The translations under genes and the position numbers were made by a program. Below, piece by piece: positions 20,183 to 30,709 of a DNA stretch of 64,000 nucleotides; the stretch's first letter is position 1; each line of letters begins with the position of its first letter. Origin of the DNA: Candidatus Ozemobacteraceae bacterium (lineage in GTDB: Bacteria > Muiribacteriota > Ozemobacteria > Ozemobacterales > Ozemobacteraceae); NCBI GenBank assembly GCA_965140445.1, contig OZ223236.1:3264001-3328000 (forward strand), given 5' to 3'. The notes under the pieces are model-generated. The model was given only the letters and a program-made list of their open reading frames with translations, did not search any database and was not told the origin of the DNA.

Positions 20183-23100
20183 TTATTTTGCGTGTTCAAA
20201 GTAATAGTTAACACCTGCTTCGTAGCCTGATTTCAGGTCGGGGGTGCTGATGTTTGGCTGGAGCAGTTTTCCTTCGGTAAGTAAATCTTTCAAGGAAATT
20301 TTGGTGCCGGTGAGAGCTACTGATGTATCTGAGTCTGCTGTCAGGGCATCGTCGATGATATCACTTAGACTTTTCCCAACATTGCTTAAGTTGTCTTTAA
20401 GCGCCGTTGCCAGCTTTTTAGCTTTGGCCAGGATCTTTTTATAATCTTCTTCCTGGAAACTGACTGCGGATACAGCCCAAACAGAAGTCTCAACACCTTT
20501 CAGAAAGCCAATCACTGCCTGGCCTGAATTAGAAAGGGCTTCCATAATTGTGCTTTCGACCAGAGCCCCGTGCTCGCTGTTTTGTAAAAGAGAAGCAATC
20601 GAGTAATCATCGCGGTTAACTTCAAGCCAACCCCAGAATTGTTTATTATCAATAATTGCCGGTTCAACTGGAATCAGCAGGAAAGTATCTCTATTCAACC
20701 TTTTAATTCTATCAACAATAGACTTTGAAAATTCTTTGCCTTCCATGAAATCCAGAATAACTCGCTTATTTTCATTTGTTACCATTATGGTTTCATCACT
20801 TTTAGCCATTTTCCAGAGGGTTGCCACTGAAATTCCGTCTTTTCCAAGAGCAGTTGCTTCGGCAACGGTATTAAAAAGCCCCGACATAATGTTAAAGGCT
20901 TTTATGGCTTCAAGGTTCTCCGATTGGGGCTCGTTTTTTACATACTTCAAGTCTATTCTGGTTTGGAGAGAGCCTTTTTTAGCATTTCTCGCCACTCCAA
21001 CAATTATTACTCTTGATTTGCTGGTTCTTCCTTCTATCAAATCAAGTTCCCTGGCCAGATTAGCTTCATTTATGCTCTGCGCAGCTACAAACTTAGAAAT
21101 AATGGTTCTGGTATGCCATTGCAATATAGAAAGAGTATCGGGGTTTGAAACAGATTTCTTTTTGGCCTCTCGAACCTTATTCAAGACGTCTATGGATTCA
21201 CGGGTAAGGCTGGGAATATTTATTCCAATTGTAAAAAAGTTATCTGTAATCTTTGTATCTTCTGGAAGTTCGTATTCATAGGGCTCGCCATAACCAAGAC
21301 TATTATTGCTCACAACGATTTTTATTTTTTGAACTTTGTAGTCTTTTGAAATGGCTCCAGCTCCAACTATAGTGCCTTTCTCGCCGCCATAAGCAATTGC
21401 CTTGATCTCATTATCTTTGCCTTTTGCAAAGGCAATGTCGAGAGCATGACCGCACAAATAGTTAGAATCCTGACTGAAACTGCACATATCAAAGGTTTCT
21501 TCTTTATCCGGGTTACTGCTTCCCCCTAACGCGCCAGCCATGCCGCCCATTTTTGAGCTGACCGAATCTGAGGTTTTTCTGGCGACAAGCTTCACTCCGA
21601 TAGTAACGTTAGAGCCACTCAGACTACTCAAGCTGTAATCCTTTATTTTTTCGATAAACTCGGGAATTTCATCCGTGTACTTGAGCATTGGAAAAACCAG
21701 CATTCTGGCATTTTCGTCATCGCCGACCTTAATGGCTGGCAACCTATTGGGAACATTAACAAGCTTATAGGTTTGTTTTAAATTGTCTTTGCCCTTTTCA
21801 GTGAGATACACCAGATATGCTTTCATATTAACCGGACTCTTACCAAGAACCTTTGCAAACAGCGAAGCAAAATCCAGTTCATTTCCAAATCCCTGAGTTA
21901 AAACAGCTTCTGGTGAATAAAGGCAGTTACTATTAGTGCTGGAAACGTATCTCAAGCCCTTAATTGTTTCAATTGCCTGATCAATCGTGGTAAGAGTCTG
22001 AAATTTTTCTATTCCATAAATTGTAATAGACGGAACAGAGCAAACTTCTTTCTGGATTTCCTTTTTACCGTCTGCATCCAGCTCTGCAAAAACCTTGGAA
22101 CCTGGCTTAACAAAGCCATTGGCGACACGCTGCATATTAATGGTTTTTAGAATTCGTCGAATTGCTTTTTCGTTATAGTCATCATCCGGGTATTTGGCCT
22201 CAACCTCTTTACCCAATAATGGACTTTCTTCTTGTAAGAACTTTGTTTTTCGCAGTTCAGCAAGATTGATTTTGTAATTCAAATTTTTAAAAATTGGGGA
22301 TTTTAAATACACTTCTTCATCTTTACTGTTGCATTTAAACAAGGCAACCATGCGCTGGGTATAACCATCTTTGATGATTTGGGGGTTTTGCATTCCAAAT
22401 AATCGGGACTGGGTTTTATCAAAGAGGCTGTAGATCCCTGGATTTTTACCCTTAGCAGAAGAAAAGCCTCCCAGGCCCTTATGCTCCGCTGCATAAGCCT
22501 TAGAAGTATCAATCTCTTCTTTTTGGCTGATGATAAGCGGATCATGCATTCTTGTTTCAGTGTTGTCTTCTTTGTCCACAAAGGTAACATCTATAGAAAC
22601 AAGCGTATGTCCGCTGCCATCAAGCTTTTTGAGATACTTTACATCGTTAATATGCAGATCAATGCCATCTTCCGATGCAGCTGCTTTTGAAAGCTTCAGT
22701 TCTGATTCAGGAGTGTTGTTTATTGGAATTACAACATCTTTTCCCATAAGCGATACAACAAGGTCTGCATGGCTATCTTTCAACATTTCAGGAATTAAAA
22801 AAACAAGTTTTTCTTTATTGAACGAACCTGGCGACAGCACTGCTGGTCCATAAAATCCGAATGGTATGATTTTGGTAACAGGGTGGGGCTCTTTAATCAG
22901 CCAGCCTTGAGGCGTAGAAATACGCAAAAACATTCTTTTGGCTGGATCTAGCTTTAACAGGCCTTCTACATTAGATATTAAATTCATGGAAATAGTTCTA
23001 AACAGCTCGTTTTCGTAAACCTTACTTCCTGCAACAGAGTCACTGTCTGAATAGCCTTCAATTTCTATGGAAAAGGCGTCCGATAGTTTTTTAGTTGCAG

Positions 23101-25927
23101 CCTTGCTTTTGACAAGTTCGACGACAGCTCGAGTCGACATTTCACCTGTAATTGGGATGTCAACATTTCCATAGGCAGAATCATAGTAATGAAGAGAAAC
23201 TGTCTCCATAACTTTATCTGGAACCGTGAAAATAATAGCCCCCGAAACTTTTTGATCGGGTTTAATGGATACACTCTTGTCTCCAGGAAGGATTAGAGGC
23301 TTTTCCGCAAGCCAGGTGGCATGTGAAAGAGGGTATTCAGCAGAATTGTTCCAGCGCAAAAACAGGTGGTTTTCAAGGTCGGGAATCAAATATGGTGGGA
23401 TCTTCATCTTCTCAACGCTGTCTGAGTCAACTTTTCCTATCCAGCTTGAAGGATGAGAAGATCCATCGGGATGAACAACAACCTTTTGTTTTTTCAAAAC
23501 ATTTGTTAATTCCAGATCCAGAGCAACCATCTGGTGACCGCTTCGCTGATAGCCTCTCAGGCGATCCAAAAGATATATGCTATTTATGTGAATATTCAGG
23601 GCTTTAGTTTGTGCGTCAATACTAAGGGGAATCCGATTCTTTATTCTCACATCTTTTAAGGCGATATCATTACCCCAGATAAGTGCAGAAGCGCTGCTGT
23701 CAGTGTATGGAGTCTTTAGATCCTCAAAACTGTAATTTAAGACATCAAGATTTACGGGCTTGCCATTGGTGACTGCCTCTTTGGGTTTTTCAACCATCTT
23801 TGTTGCTGCGAAAATTCCGGGTAAACCTTCTGGGGTTTTGTAGTTGATTTTAACGCTTACAGGAACCTTTTCTGCGTTTTTAACAGGTTTATTTAATTCA
23901 GTTAGGATTTGAGCAAACATGTCTGATAAATCCTGCGGCTCTTTTGCCAGTAGCGATTTTCCGCCAGATAACTCGGCCGCATAATCAAATAGCTTTTTGT
24001 ATTTTTCCTTTAGGCCAATGCCGACCCAGATAGATTTAATCCCCACATCTTTAATTTTGCTCAGAATCAGATCAAATTGCTGCCGGTCATCTTTAGCTTC
24101 TAATGCCGCATCGGTAATGTATATGAGATATTTTCTCGTAGAGGGAACCGAAAGAGCATTATATGAATCTCGAATAGCAAGAAGTTCATTGGTTCCGCCA
24201 CCGGCTTTTACTCCGGCAATAGCCCTTATTATTTTGGCCTTGTCTTTAGTTGCAATCTGCTCAAGGCTGGTCTGAGTATTAAATGTTCCGAATTCTAAAA
24301 TTACATTTTCGGGAACTTTGGCAACAAAGTCCATCAGAGCCTGGCGGACTTTCTCAATACGTCGATCACAACCATCACCCAATGTGGACTCAGCATTCAT
24401 TGAACCGCTATTATCAAGCATAATCAACAAAATTGGATCGTCGCCTGCTATCTGGGTTTCTGGGGTTTTGTAGGTTAACTCAAAATTGTTACCCAGATTT
24501 TGTTTAATTTTCTTAAAAACTTCTTCAAGGTTTTTCTCGTCAGTCTTGTAATATGCGCCACCAGAAAGCTCCGAAATTCTGTTCAAAGTGGAATCATCAG
24601 GAGATTTACCATAACCAATTGTATAAACTGGAATTTTGGAATTTTTCACAGCTTCAAACATTTGCTCTGCATTGGCTTTACTGCCTTGCCTGGTATCATT
24701 GTAATTGGCATCTTTTCCATCTGTAAAAAGAATCAAAGATGTTCTCTGCTTGCCTTCAAGATTTTTTAAACCCAGAATAACACTGTCATACAAAGCGGTT
24801 GCGCCATTGGCTTTAACTGCCTTGAGTTTTGCAAGTAAATCGGTTCTTGATTTGGCTTTTAGTAGCTTTGGTTTGGTGTCAAAATCTACAACGCTGATAT
24901 TCGCTTTCTCATCGAAGTTTTTAACAAAAGTAGCTGCTTCTTTTAAAACTCGCTTCATATCATTTTTCATTGAACCGGAGGAGTCCAGCAACAGAACTGT
25001 ATTTATTGGGGTTTGAAGCCTTTTAATGTCAATTATCTGGACTTTAGAAGCGCCTTGAATGACTTCCGTATTTTTGGTGTCAGGCTTAACCAGTGAACTT
25101 TCAAGGACAGTAAAATCAATTTTTCCCAGGTTTTTCTCAATTTCCGTGGAATTAATATTCAACTTGGTCTGCTTCAAATCAGCTGGCGGAGAAATGAATT
25201 TGCCCAGGTTATCAGGCCAGTTTACAACCGTCATTTTTCCCGGAAAAGTTGGAATCATTCTGGCATTTAGCTGACCAGCATCATTTTCATTTAAAGATGA
25301 TACGTTTACGCGCCATATGCCCGGTGAAACCCACAATATAGCGTCACCATCCGGTGTAGAATCTGCATTTTTGTTTGAACGGTTATAATATGCCGTTGCA
25401 GGGTATACATCCCGATCAGATTCAGGCTGGAGAACAACCTTTGCCATGGGAACGTTTTTTATCAAAATCCCGGAAAGCTCATTAGAATAGCTGGCAGCCT
25501 CAACCGGAAAAGAGTTTAAAAGCTTGATTTTAACTTTTCCAGGCAATTTGCGTTTTACAATCTCAACGGTCCACCTGTACTGGCCAATGTCCTGCGGAAT
25601 ATCCCCAAACATAGCGACATTGCCTTCTGCTACATCCAAACTGTTGCTATATCTTATACTTAAGTTTTCAGATTTTTTACTCTCAACATCCTCACAGGAA
25701 ATTCTACAATCCTTATCACTGGTAATTTTCAGAATTTGCAAGAACTTGCCGTCATTGATGGTTTGAAAATCATATTTTTTGGTTTTTTCATCCAATTCAA
25801 CGGAGATTTCTTCTCCAACTTTGATTATTGGAAGGTTGTCATCAGCCTTTTTCGCTTCAACTTGATTTGGCAGTAAAAAAGATAAAATGACAACAATAGT
25901 GACTAAAATACTACGAATTCTCTGCAT
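20183..25927 (-). CDS. Large secreted protein with two VWA domains, Ig-like repeats and a degenerate transglutaminase-like segment
   Basis: Start placed at ATG 25927 (GGGGGA RBS, signal peptide MQRIRSILVTIVVILSFLLPNQVEA). MIDAS motifs LLLDSSGSM...TALYD...FTDG and IMLDNSGSM...GGT...ITD. Segment PEAVLTQGFGNELDFASLF. Confidence 0.8.
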   Translation of the reverse strand: MQRIRSILVTIVVILSFLLPNQVEAKKADDNLPIIKVGEEISVELDEKTKKYDFQTINDGKFLQILKITSDKDCRISCEDVESKKSENLSIRYSNSLDVAEGNVAMFGDIPQDIGQYRWTVEIVKRKLPGKVKIKLLNSFPVEAASYSNELSGILIKNVPMAKVVLQPESDRDVYPATAYYNRSNKNADSTPDGDAILWVSPGIWRVNVSSLNENDAGQLNARMIPTFPGKMTVVNWPDNLGKFISPPADLKQTKLNINSTEIEKNLGKIDFTVLESSLVKPDTKNTEVIQGASKVQIIDIKRLQTPINTVLLLDSSGSMKNDMKRVLKEAATFVKNFDEKANISVVDFDTKPKLLKAKSRTDLLAKLKAVKANGATALYDSVILGLKNLEGKQRTSLILFTDGKDANYNDTRQGSKANAEQMFEAVKNSKIPVYTIGYGKSPDDSTLNRISELSGGAYYKTDEKNLEEVFKKIKQNLGNNFELTYKTPETQIAGDDPILLIMLDNSGSMNAESTLGDGCDRRIEKVRQALMDFVAKVPENVILEFGTFNTQTSLEQIATKDKAKIIRAIAGVKAGGGTNELLAIRDSYNALSVPSTRKYLIYITDAALEAKDDRQQFDLILSKIKDVGIKSIWVGIGLKEKYKKLFDYAAELSGGKSLLAKEPQDLSDMFAQILTELNKPVKNAEKVPVSVKINYKTPEGLPGIFAATKMVEKPKEAVTNGKPVNLDVLNYSFEDLKTPYTDSSASALIWGNDIALKDVRIKNRIPLSIDAQTKALNIHINSIYLLDRLRGYQRSGHQMVALDLELTNVLKKQKVVVHPDGSSHPSSWIGKVDSDSVEKMKIPPYLIPDLENHLFLRWNNSAEYPLSHATWLAEKPLILPGDKSVSIKPDQKVSGAIIFTVPDKVMETVSLHYYDSAYGNVDIPITGEMSTRAVVELVKSKAATKKLSDAFSIEIEGYSDSDSVAGSKVYENELFRTISMNLISNVEGLLKLDPAKRMFLRISTPQGWLIKEPHPVTKIIPFGFYGPAVLSPGSFNKEKLVFLIPEMLKDSHADLVVSLMGKDVVIPINNTPESELKLSKAAASEDGIDLHINDVKYLKKLDGSGHTLVSIDVTFVDKEDNTETRMHDPLIISQKEEIDTSKAYAAEHKGLGGFSSAKGKNPGIYSLFDKTQSRLFGMQNPQIIKDGYTQRMVALFKCNSKDEEVYLKSPIFKNLNYKINLAELRKTKFLQEESPLLGKEVEAKYPDDDYNEKAIRRILKTINMQRVANGFVKPGSKVFAELDADGKKEIQKEVCSVPSITIYGIEKFQTLTTIDQAIETIKGLRYVSSTNSNCLYSPEAVLTQGFGNELDFASLFAKVLGKSPVNMKAYLVYLTEKGKDNLKQTYKLVNVPNRLPAIKVGDDENARMLVFPMLKYTDEIPEFIEKIKDYSLSSLSGSNVTIGVKLVARKTSDSVSSKMGGMAGALGGSSNPDKEETFDMCSFSQDSNYLCGHALDIAFAKGKDNEIKAIAYGGEKGTIVGAGAISKDYKVQKIKIVVSNNSLGYGEPYEYELPEDTKITDNFFTIGINIPSLTRESIDVLNKVREAKKKSVSNPDTLSILQWHTRTIISKFVAAQSINEANLARELDLIEGRTSKSRVIIVGVARNAKKGSLQTRIDLKYVKNEPQSENLEAIKAFNIMSGLFNTVAEATALGKDGISVATLWKMAKSDETIMVTNENKRVILDFMEGKEFSKSIVDRIKRLNRDTFLLIPVEPAIIDNKQFWGWLEVNRDDYSIASLLQNSEHGALVESTIMEALSNSGQAVIGFLKGVETSVWAVSAVSFQEEDYKKILAKAKKLATALKDNLSNVGKSLSDIIDDALTADSDTSVALTGTKISLKDLLTEGKLLQPNISTPDLKSGYEAGVNYYFEHAK

Positions 25928-26326
25928 GATTCCCCCAGATTTGTATGTTTCTTTGATTTTAAAAGTAATTTTGTATAACAAAGAGGGCACGAGTGTAACA
26001 TTGTGTCACAGTTAACAACAAGGATTGAATTAGAAAAAAACAATTTGCCTTTAATTTGATTTACTTAGAACCAAAATTCTGCGAACTCTCCCTTACTAAA
26101 AATGGGTTAAACATTCAAAACAAAGTAAAATTCAAAAATTTTAAAAAGCTCATTTATTATACTATTTACGAGTTATCACCATGAAAGTGGCCCGAAAATT
26201 CTTTGAAGTTTTTTGGTATTAAAGTGTTTCCGGAGAAAACTATTTAAATTCATTCTGCTAATTGCATAGCTGGCTAATTTAGGTAAAAACAGCTATTATG
26301 AGCTTCAATTAATTGGAGAAATAGAA

Positions 26327-27373
26327 ATGCATAAATATGTTTTGCTACAAGACCCTCGTCACAATAGAGTTTTCCTGAATAAATCCGAAAAGATATCTCT
26401 GGCAGAATTGCAAATTGCATGCAACAAGTTTGAGGGCGGTTGCGAAAACCTATCAACGGTTTCCATTGGTGGTATCAACTATTTTTCATTTGAAATGGAA
26501 AAAGAAATTACAACTGTGGAATTGAGCATTCTCTCAAGACTGACTTTTGTTTTTGCCATTTTTGAAGTTATCAAATTAAAGGATCATGACGTATTTTTGC
26601 CTGTAACCAAAGAAGCTTATGAATATATCGATCCAAAAATTTCATCGATTCTTAAGTATTCAGGTAAAACAAATGAAATTTTTACCAGGCTTATGATAAA
26701 TGTTGGGTTACTTTCCACAAATTTCAGCTCCGAGGAAACCATCAACCTTCTTGATCCAATGGCAGGGAAGGGGACAACCTTATTTGAAGGTCTGATCCAG
26801 GGCTTTAATGTAACTGGCATTGAAATCGAGTCTAAACCAGTAAAAGAACTTGAAAGCTTCTTTAAGAAATTCCTGGAAAAAGAAAAATTCAAGCACATTA
26901 CAAAAAATGGAAGAATTCACGTAAAAGAAACCACAGCCGCTGCTGTTACTCAAACTTTTTCTTTCGCCCCCAATAAGGATTTATTCAAGGAAGAAGCCGA
27001 TAGAAAATCCCTTTCGATAATACACGGGAACTCTATCTACGCTGGACAATATTTTAAGAAGGATTTATTTCATTTAATTGTTGGTGATCTGCCATGCGGC
27101 TCTGGTCACAGTAAAACAGCATGGAAAAGAAATTCAGCAGCGACTGAAACCCCAGGTGAATTTCTTTCTCAAAGCTTGCCGGGTTGGCACAAGGTTTTAA
27201 AGAAAAACGGTGCATTAGTTGTTTCATGGAACAAATTTTTGCTTCCCAAAAATGAAATACTGAATTTACTTAAAGCAAACGGCTTTGAAATTATTGATTC
27301 AAGCGAATATAATGAATTTGAGCATAAGGTGGATTTATCAATAAAAAGAGACTTTATCGTTGCAAAAAAATAG
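26327..27373 (+). CDS. Trm11/TrmG10-like SAM-dependent methyltransferase
   Basis: YSGKTNE, LLDPMAGKGTTL (motif I), GIEI, IVGDLPCG (motif IV variant). Confidence 0.8.
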   Translation: MHKYVLLQDPRHNRVFLNKSEKISLAELQIACNKFEGGCENLSTVSIGGINYFSFEMEKEITTVELSILSRLTFVFAIFEVIKLKDHDVFLPVTKEAYEYIDPKISSILKYSGKTNEIFTRLMINVGLLSTNFSSEETINLLDPMAGKGTTLFEGLIQGFNVTGIEIESKPVKELESFFKKFLEKEKFKHITKNGRIHVKETTAAAVTQTFSFAPNKDLFKEEADRKSLSIIHGNSIYAGQYFKKDLFHLIVGDLPCGSGHSKTAWKRNSAATETPGEFLSQSLPGWHKVLKKNGALVVSWNKFLLPKNEILNLLKANGFEIIDSSEYNEFEHKVDLSIKRDFIVAKK

Positions 27374-27512
27374 TTTTTTTCGCCAAAATGAAAATTAACC
27401 TGCCAATCATTTATTTAGAGAGTCAATCTGAGTAATCAATAAAGACGTTTGTGTTTGTTTTCCAGAACTGGTAGCATATTAGAAAATATAAAAAGATGGT
27501 TTATGCAGTTGT

Positions 27513-30203
27513 ATGGCTATGAAACCTGATAAAGATAAAAAAGTATTCCAAAAAATCTTTGAAACAATGTCCTGCGCGTCCTGTGTTGATGAGATTGTTT
27601 ATGAAAATGGCAAAGCCGTTGATTATAGAATCTTAGATATTAACTGTGCTTTTGCAAAGTTATTAGGCGCTGATAAAAGTGAAATTATTGGGAAAAAATC
27701 CGTTGAAATTTACGGAGTTAATCCACCCTTATTTTTTGACATCTTTCTAAGGGTTGCCGAGACAGGCATACCTGAAACCTTTGTTGGCTATTTCCCCATT
27801 GTAAAAAAACATTTCAAGGTTAACGTAAGCTCTCCGCAAAAAGGAATGTTTTCAAATGTCTTATATGATGTAACGGAAGAAATTAAAGAAAAAAACTCTA
27901 TAAACAGAGAGCGAGATCGCCTTCAGCGGGTCTTAGAAATTTTGCAGAAAAAATTTAACAGTGTCCAGGAAATGCTTGATTATGCTTTAAGTGTGGCCAT
28001 TGAAATCACTGGAAGTAGAATAGGATATATTTACACTTATTCAGAAGATAATCAACTTTTCACACTTAATTCATGGTCAAAAGAAGTAATGCCCGCATGC
28101 TCTGTTGTTTCTCCACAAAGTGTTTGTGAGCTGGAAAAAACTGGTTTATGGGGAGAAGTCGTCAGGCAAAGAAAGCCAATCATAGTAAATGACTATTCAT
28201 TGCTCTCAGTCCAGAATAAGGGACTTCCTCAAGGGCACGTAAATTTAAACAAATATCTTTCCATACCTGTTTTTTTTGAAGAGAAAATTGTTGCTGTGGT
28301 TGGAGTTGCAAACAAAACTAATGATTATGAAGAAATAGATACGGTTCAACTTCAACTTTTAATGGATTCGATTTGGAAAAAGGTAATAGAAAAAAAAGCT
28401 ACGGAAAAATTGCAAAGTCTTGAGTGGATGTTAAGCGGTTCTATCAGGAATTCTTCGAACAACATGAATTCAATTGATATTGAGGACTTAACTGGAAACA
28501 ATCTGAATGGAAAAATTCTTCACACAATCGGTAAAGAAATCTTAGAAGGTCTCGCAGGAGATTATCTTGATTTAATAAGCTCTTCTTCTGCAATTTTTGA
28601 GGAAAACGGAGATTATGCCTTAGGTATATTTTCTTCAGAATGGTGCAAATTTTTAAATGCTTCTTCAAGAAAACTTTGTAATACAAGCGATTTAAAAGAA
28701 GCGATGACATCTAAAAAGTGGCTTTGTCACGAATCTTGTTGGACAAATAGCGGCCAAAAAGCATTAAAATCTGGGCAAGCCGTTGATATAGAATGTGCTG
28801 GAGGAATCAGGGTTTTTGCAGTTCCCATAAAACTTAAAGAAAACATCGTTGGAGCAATAAGTTTTGGTTACGGAAATCCCACGAAAGATGCTGCAAAATT
28901 GAAAAGAATTAGCGAAAAGTTTAATGTTTCCATTGATGATCTGCTTGAAAAATCCAACCAATATCATAGCAGGCCTGCATATATAATCGAGATGGCCAAA
29001 AAACGCTTATTGACTATCTCAAAATTGATTGGAACCATGTTAGAAGCGAAAGAAACAGAATTTCAACTATTGCATGCAATGAAAATGGATGCAATCGGCC
29101 GTCTAGCTGGAGGAGTCGCCCACGATTTCAACAATATGTTAAGCGTTATTTTGGGGCACGCAGAAATGGCATATTTAAGAGAGAATACCAACCCAGAGAT
29201 AAAAGCTGATCTGGAGCAGATTCTTTCTGCTGGCAAGCGTTCCGCAGAATTAACAAAACAGTTATTAGGGTTTGCGAGAAAGCAAAATGTCCAACCCAGG
29301 GTTTTAGATGTATCCCACAAAATTTCGAACATGACAACTATGTTAAAAAGGCTGATTGGGGAAAATATCGAGCTCTTAGTAAAAGATACCGAGGATAAAT
29401 TCCCATTGTATATTGATCCAAGCCAACTTGATCAAATAATAGTCAACCTGGTCATAAATGCTGCGGAAGCAATTTCAGGCCATGGCAAGATAATCATCAA
29501 TCTTGAAAAAATTCTTATAAAAGAAACCCATTATGATTTTGAAGATTTTCTTGATGCTGGTGCATATACCAAGTTGTCGATAAGCGATAATGGTTGTGGG
29601 ATGAGTCCGAATACGCTTAAGCGAATTTTTGAACCATTCTTTACCACTAAAAATGAAAACAAGGGCACAGGTTTGGGATTAGCCACTGTTTATGGGATTG
29701 TAAAGCAAAATGGTGGCACCATTAATGTATACAGTGAAGAAGGGCATGGCACAACTTTTAAAATTTATTTGCCAATTTATAGCGGAGAGACTGTGCCTAT
29801 ATTTGATCAATCTGAAAAAGATGAACTGGTTGGAGGAATAGAAACAATTTTGCTGGTAGAAGATGAAGAATCATTATTGTCGCTTACAAAATCAATGCTT
29901 GAGAAGCTTGGCTATAAAGTTATTTCTTCAAATTGCCCTTTAACTGCCATAGAAATAGCTAAAAAATTTAAAAGTAAAATTGATCTCGTTTTAACAGATG
30001 TTTTGATGCCACAAATGAATGGAAAAGAGCTTTTTAAAGAACTTCACAATATTTTACCAAACACAAAGGTGCTTTTCATGTCTGGTTATGCAGCAGAAGT
30101 TCTTAAAGAAAAAATAGATTTTCAAAATGAGATATATCTTATGGAAAAACCATTCAGTTTTAATACTATTTCGCAGGAAGTTAGAAAGGTTTTAGACAAC
30201 TAA
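27513..30203 (+). CDS. Hybrid sensor histidine kinase (PAS-GAF-PocR-HisKA-HATPase-REC)
   Basis: [10 protein letters not shown]-box, [35 protein letters not shown]...TDVLMP. PocR-like Cys pattern WCKF...LCHESC...ECAGG. No TM segments seen. Confidence 0.9.
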   Translation: MAMKPDKDKKVFQKIFETMSCASCVDEIVYENGKAVDYRILDINCAFAKLLGADKSEIIGKKSVEIYGVNPPLFFDIFLRVAETGIPETFVGYFPIVKKHFKVNVSSPQKGMFSNVLYDVTEEIKEKNSINRERDRLQRVLEILQKKFNSVQEMLDYALSVAIEITGSRIGYIYTYSEDNQLFTLNSWSKEVMPACSVVSPQSVCELEKTGLWGEVVRQRKPIIVNDYSLLSVQNKGLPQGHVNLNKYLSIPVFFEEKIVAVVGVANKTNDYEEIDTVQLQLLMDSIWKKVIEKKATEKLQSLEWMLSGSIRNSSNNMNSIDIEDLTGNNLNGKILHTIGKEILEGLAGDYLDLISSSSAIFEENGDYALGIFSSEWCKFLNASSRKLCNTSDLKEAMTSKKWLCHESCWTNSGQKALKSGQAVDIECAGGIRVFAVPIKLKENIVGAISFGYGNPTKDAAKLKRISEKFNVSIDDLLEKSNQYHSRPAYIIEMAKKRLLTISKLIGTMLEAKETEFQLLHAMKMDAIGRLAGGVAHDFNNMLSVILGHAEMAYLRENTNPEIKADLEQILSAGKRSAELTKQLLGFARKQNVQPRVLDVSHKISNMTTMLKRLIGENIELLVKDTEDKFPLYIDPSQLDQIIVNLVINAAEAISGHGKIIINLEKILIKETHYDFEDFLDAGAYTKLSISDNGCGMSPNTLKRIFEPFFTTKNENKGTGLGLATVYGIVKQNGGTINVYSEEGHGTTFKIYLPIYSGETVPIFDQSEKDELVGGIETILLVEDEESLLSLTKSMLEKLGYKVISSNCPLTAIEIAKKFKSKIDLVLTDVLMPQMNGKELFKELHNILPNTKVLFMSGYAAEVLKEKIDFQNEIYLMEKPFSFNTISQEVRKVLDN

Positions 30204-30676
30204 TTTTTTCTACTTCGAATAAAGAAATAAATCCTGGAAAAAATAAAAATTCCCACAAATCCAGTTATATTTAAGAGAATAAAATCAAACTTAAAAGCCC
30301 AAAGGGTTCTTTTTGATCGTTCAAAAAATGAATTGTATTTTTTAAGGAAATCCTGGATCTCAGAAACAGTGCCATGATTTTTGCATGAAATATTATAGGT
30401 GCCATTTTTTTCAGTGATCTTATATTGAACAGGGGCCTTGCCTGAATCACAATAGAAATAGGATTTAAGGCCAATCAATTTGCATGTATCGGACGATAGG
30501 GCACCGGCTGGCACCTTTATTTCATCCATTTCTGCCATTTCGATGCTTCCCATAATTACCCTTTGATTTGCTGCGCATCGAACAGCACGAGAGGCAATTT
30601 TGCTGTCAATTATTCCTGAAGTAGCAGCAAAAAACGAGATGATAGGAACCAGCAAATACAATATTTTTTTAGGCAT
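30200..30676 (-). CDS. Hypothetical pilin-like membrane protein
   Basis: N-terminal TM, CAANQRVIMGSIEM, ISCKNHG, C-terminal TM; same Cys pattern as 63355-63777. Confidence 0.55.
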   Translation of the reverse strand: MPKKILYLLVPIISFFAATSGIIDSKIASRAVRCAANQRVIMGSIEMAEMDEIKVPAGALSSDTCKLIGLKSYFYCDSGKAPVQYKITEKNGTYNISCKNHGTVSEIQDFLKKYNSFFERSKRTLWAFKFDFILLNITGFVGIFIFSRIYFFIRSRKN

Positions 30677-30709
30677 ATTTTTTCCTTCATACTTTTTTAT
30701 TTTATACTA

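Noticed and set aside
25994..26010. TGTAAC-N5-GTCACA as a CRP/FNR-type site upstream of the VWA gene
   Set aside because: Imperfect and with the wrong spacing for TGTGA-N6-TCACA; a single instance in AT-rich DNA is not enough.
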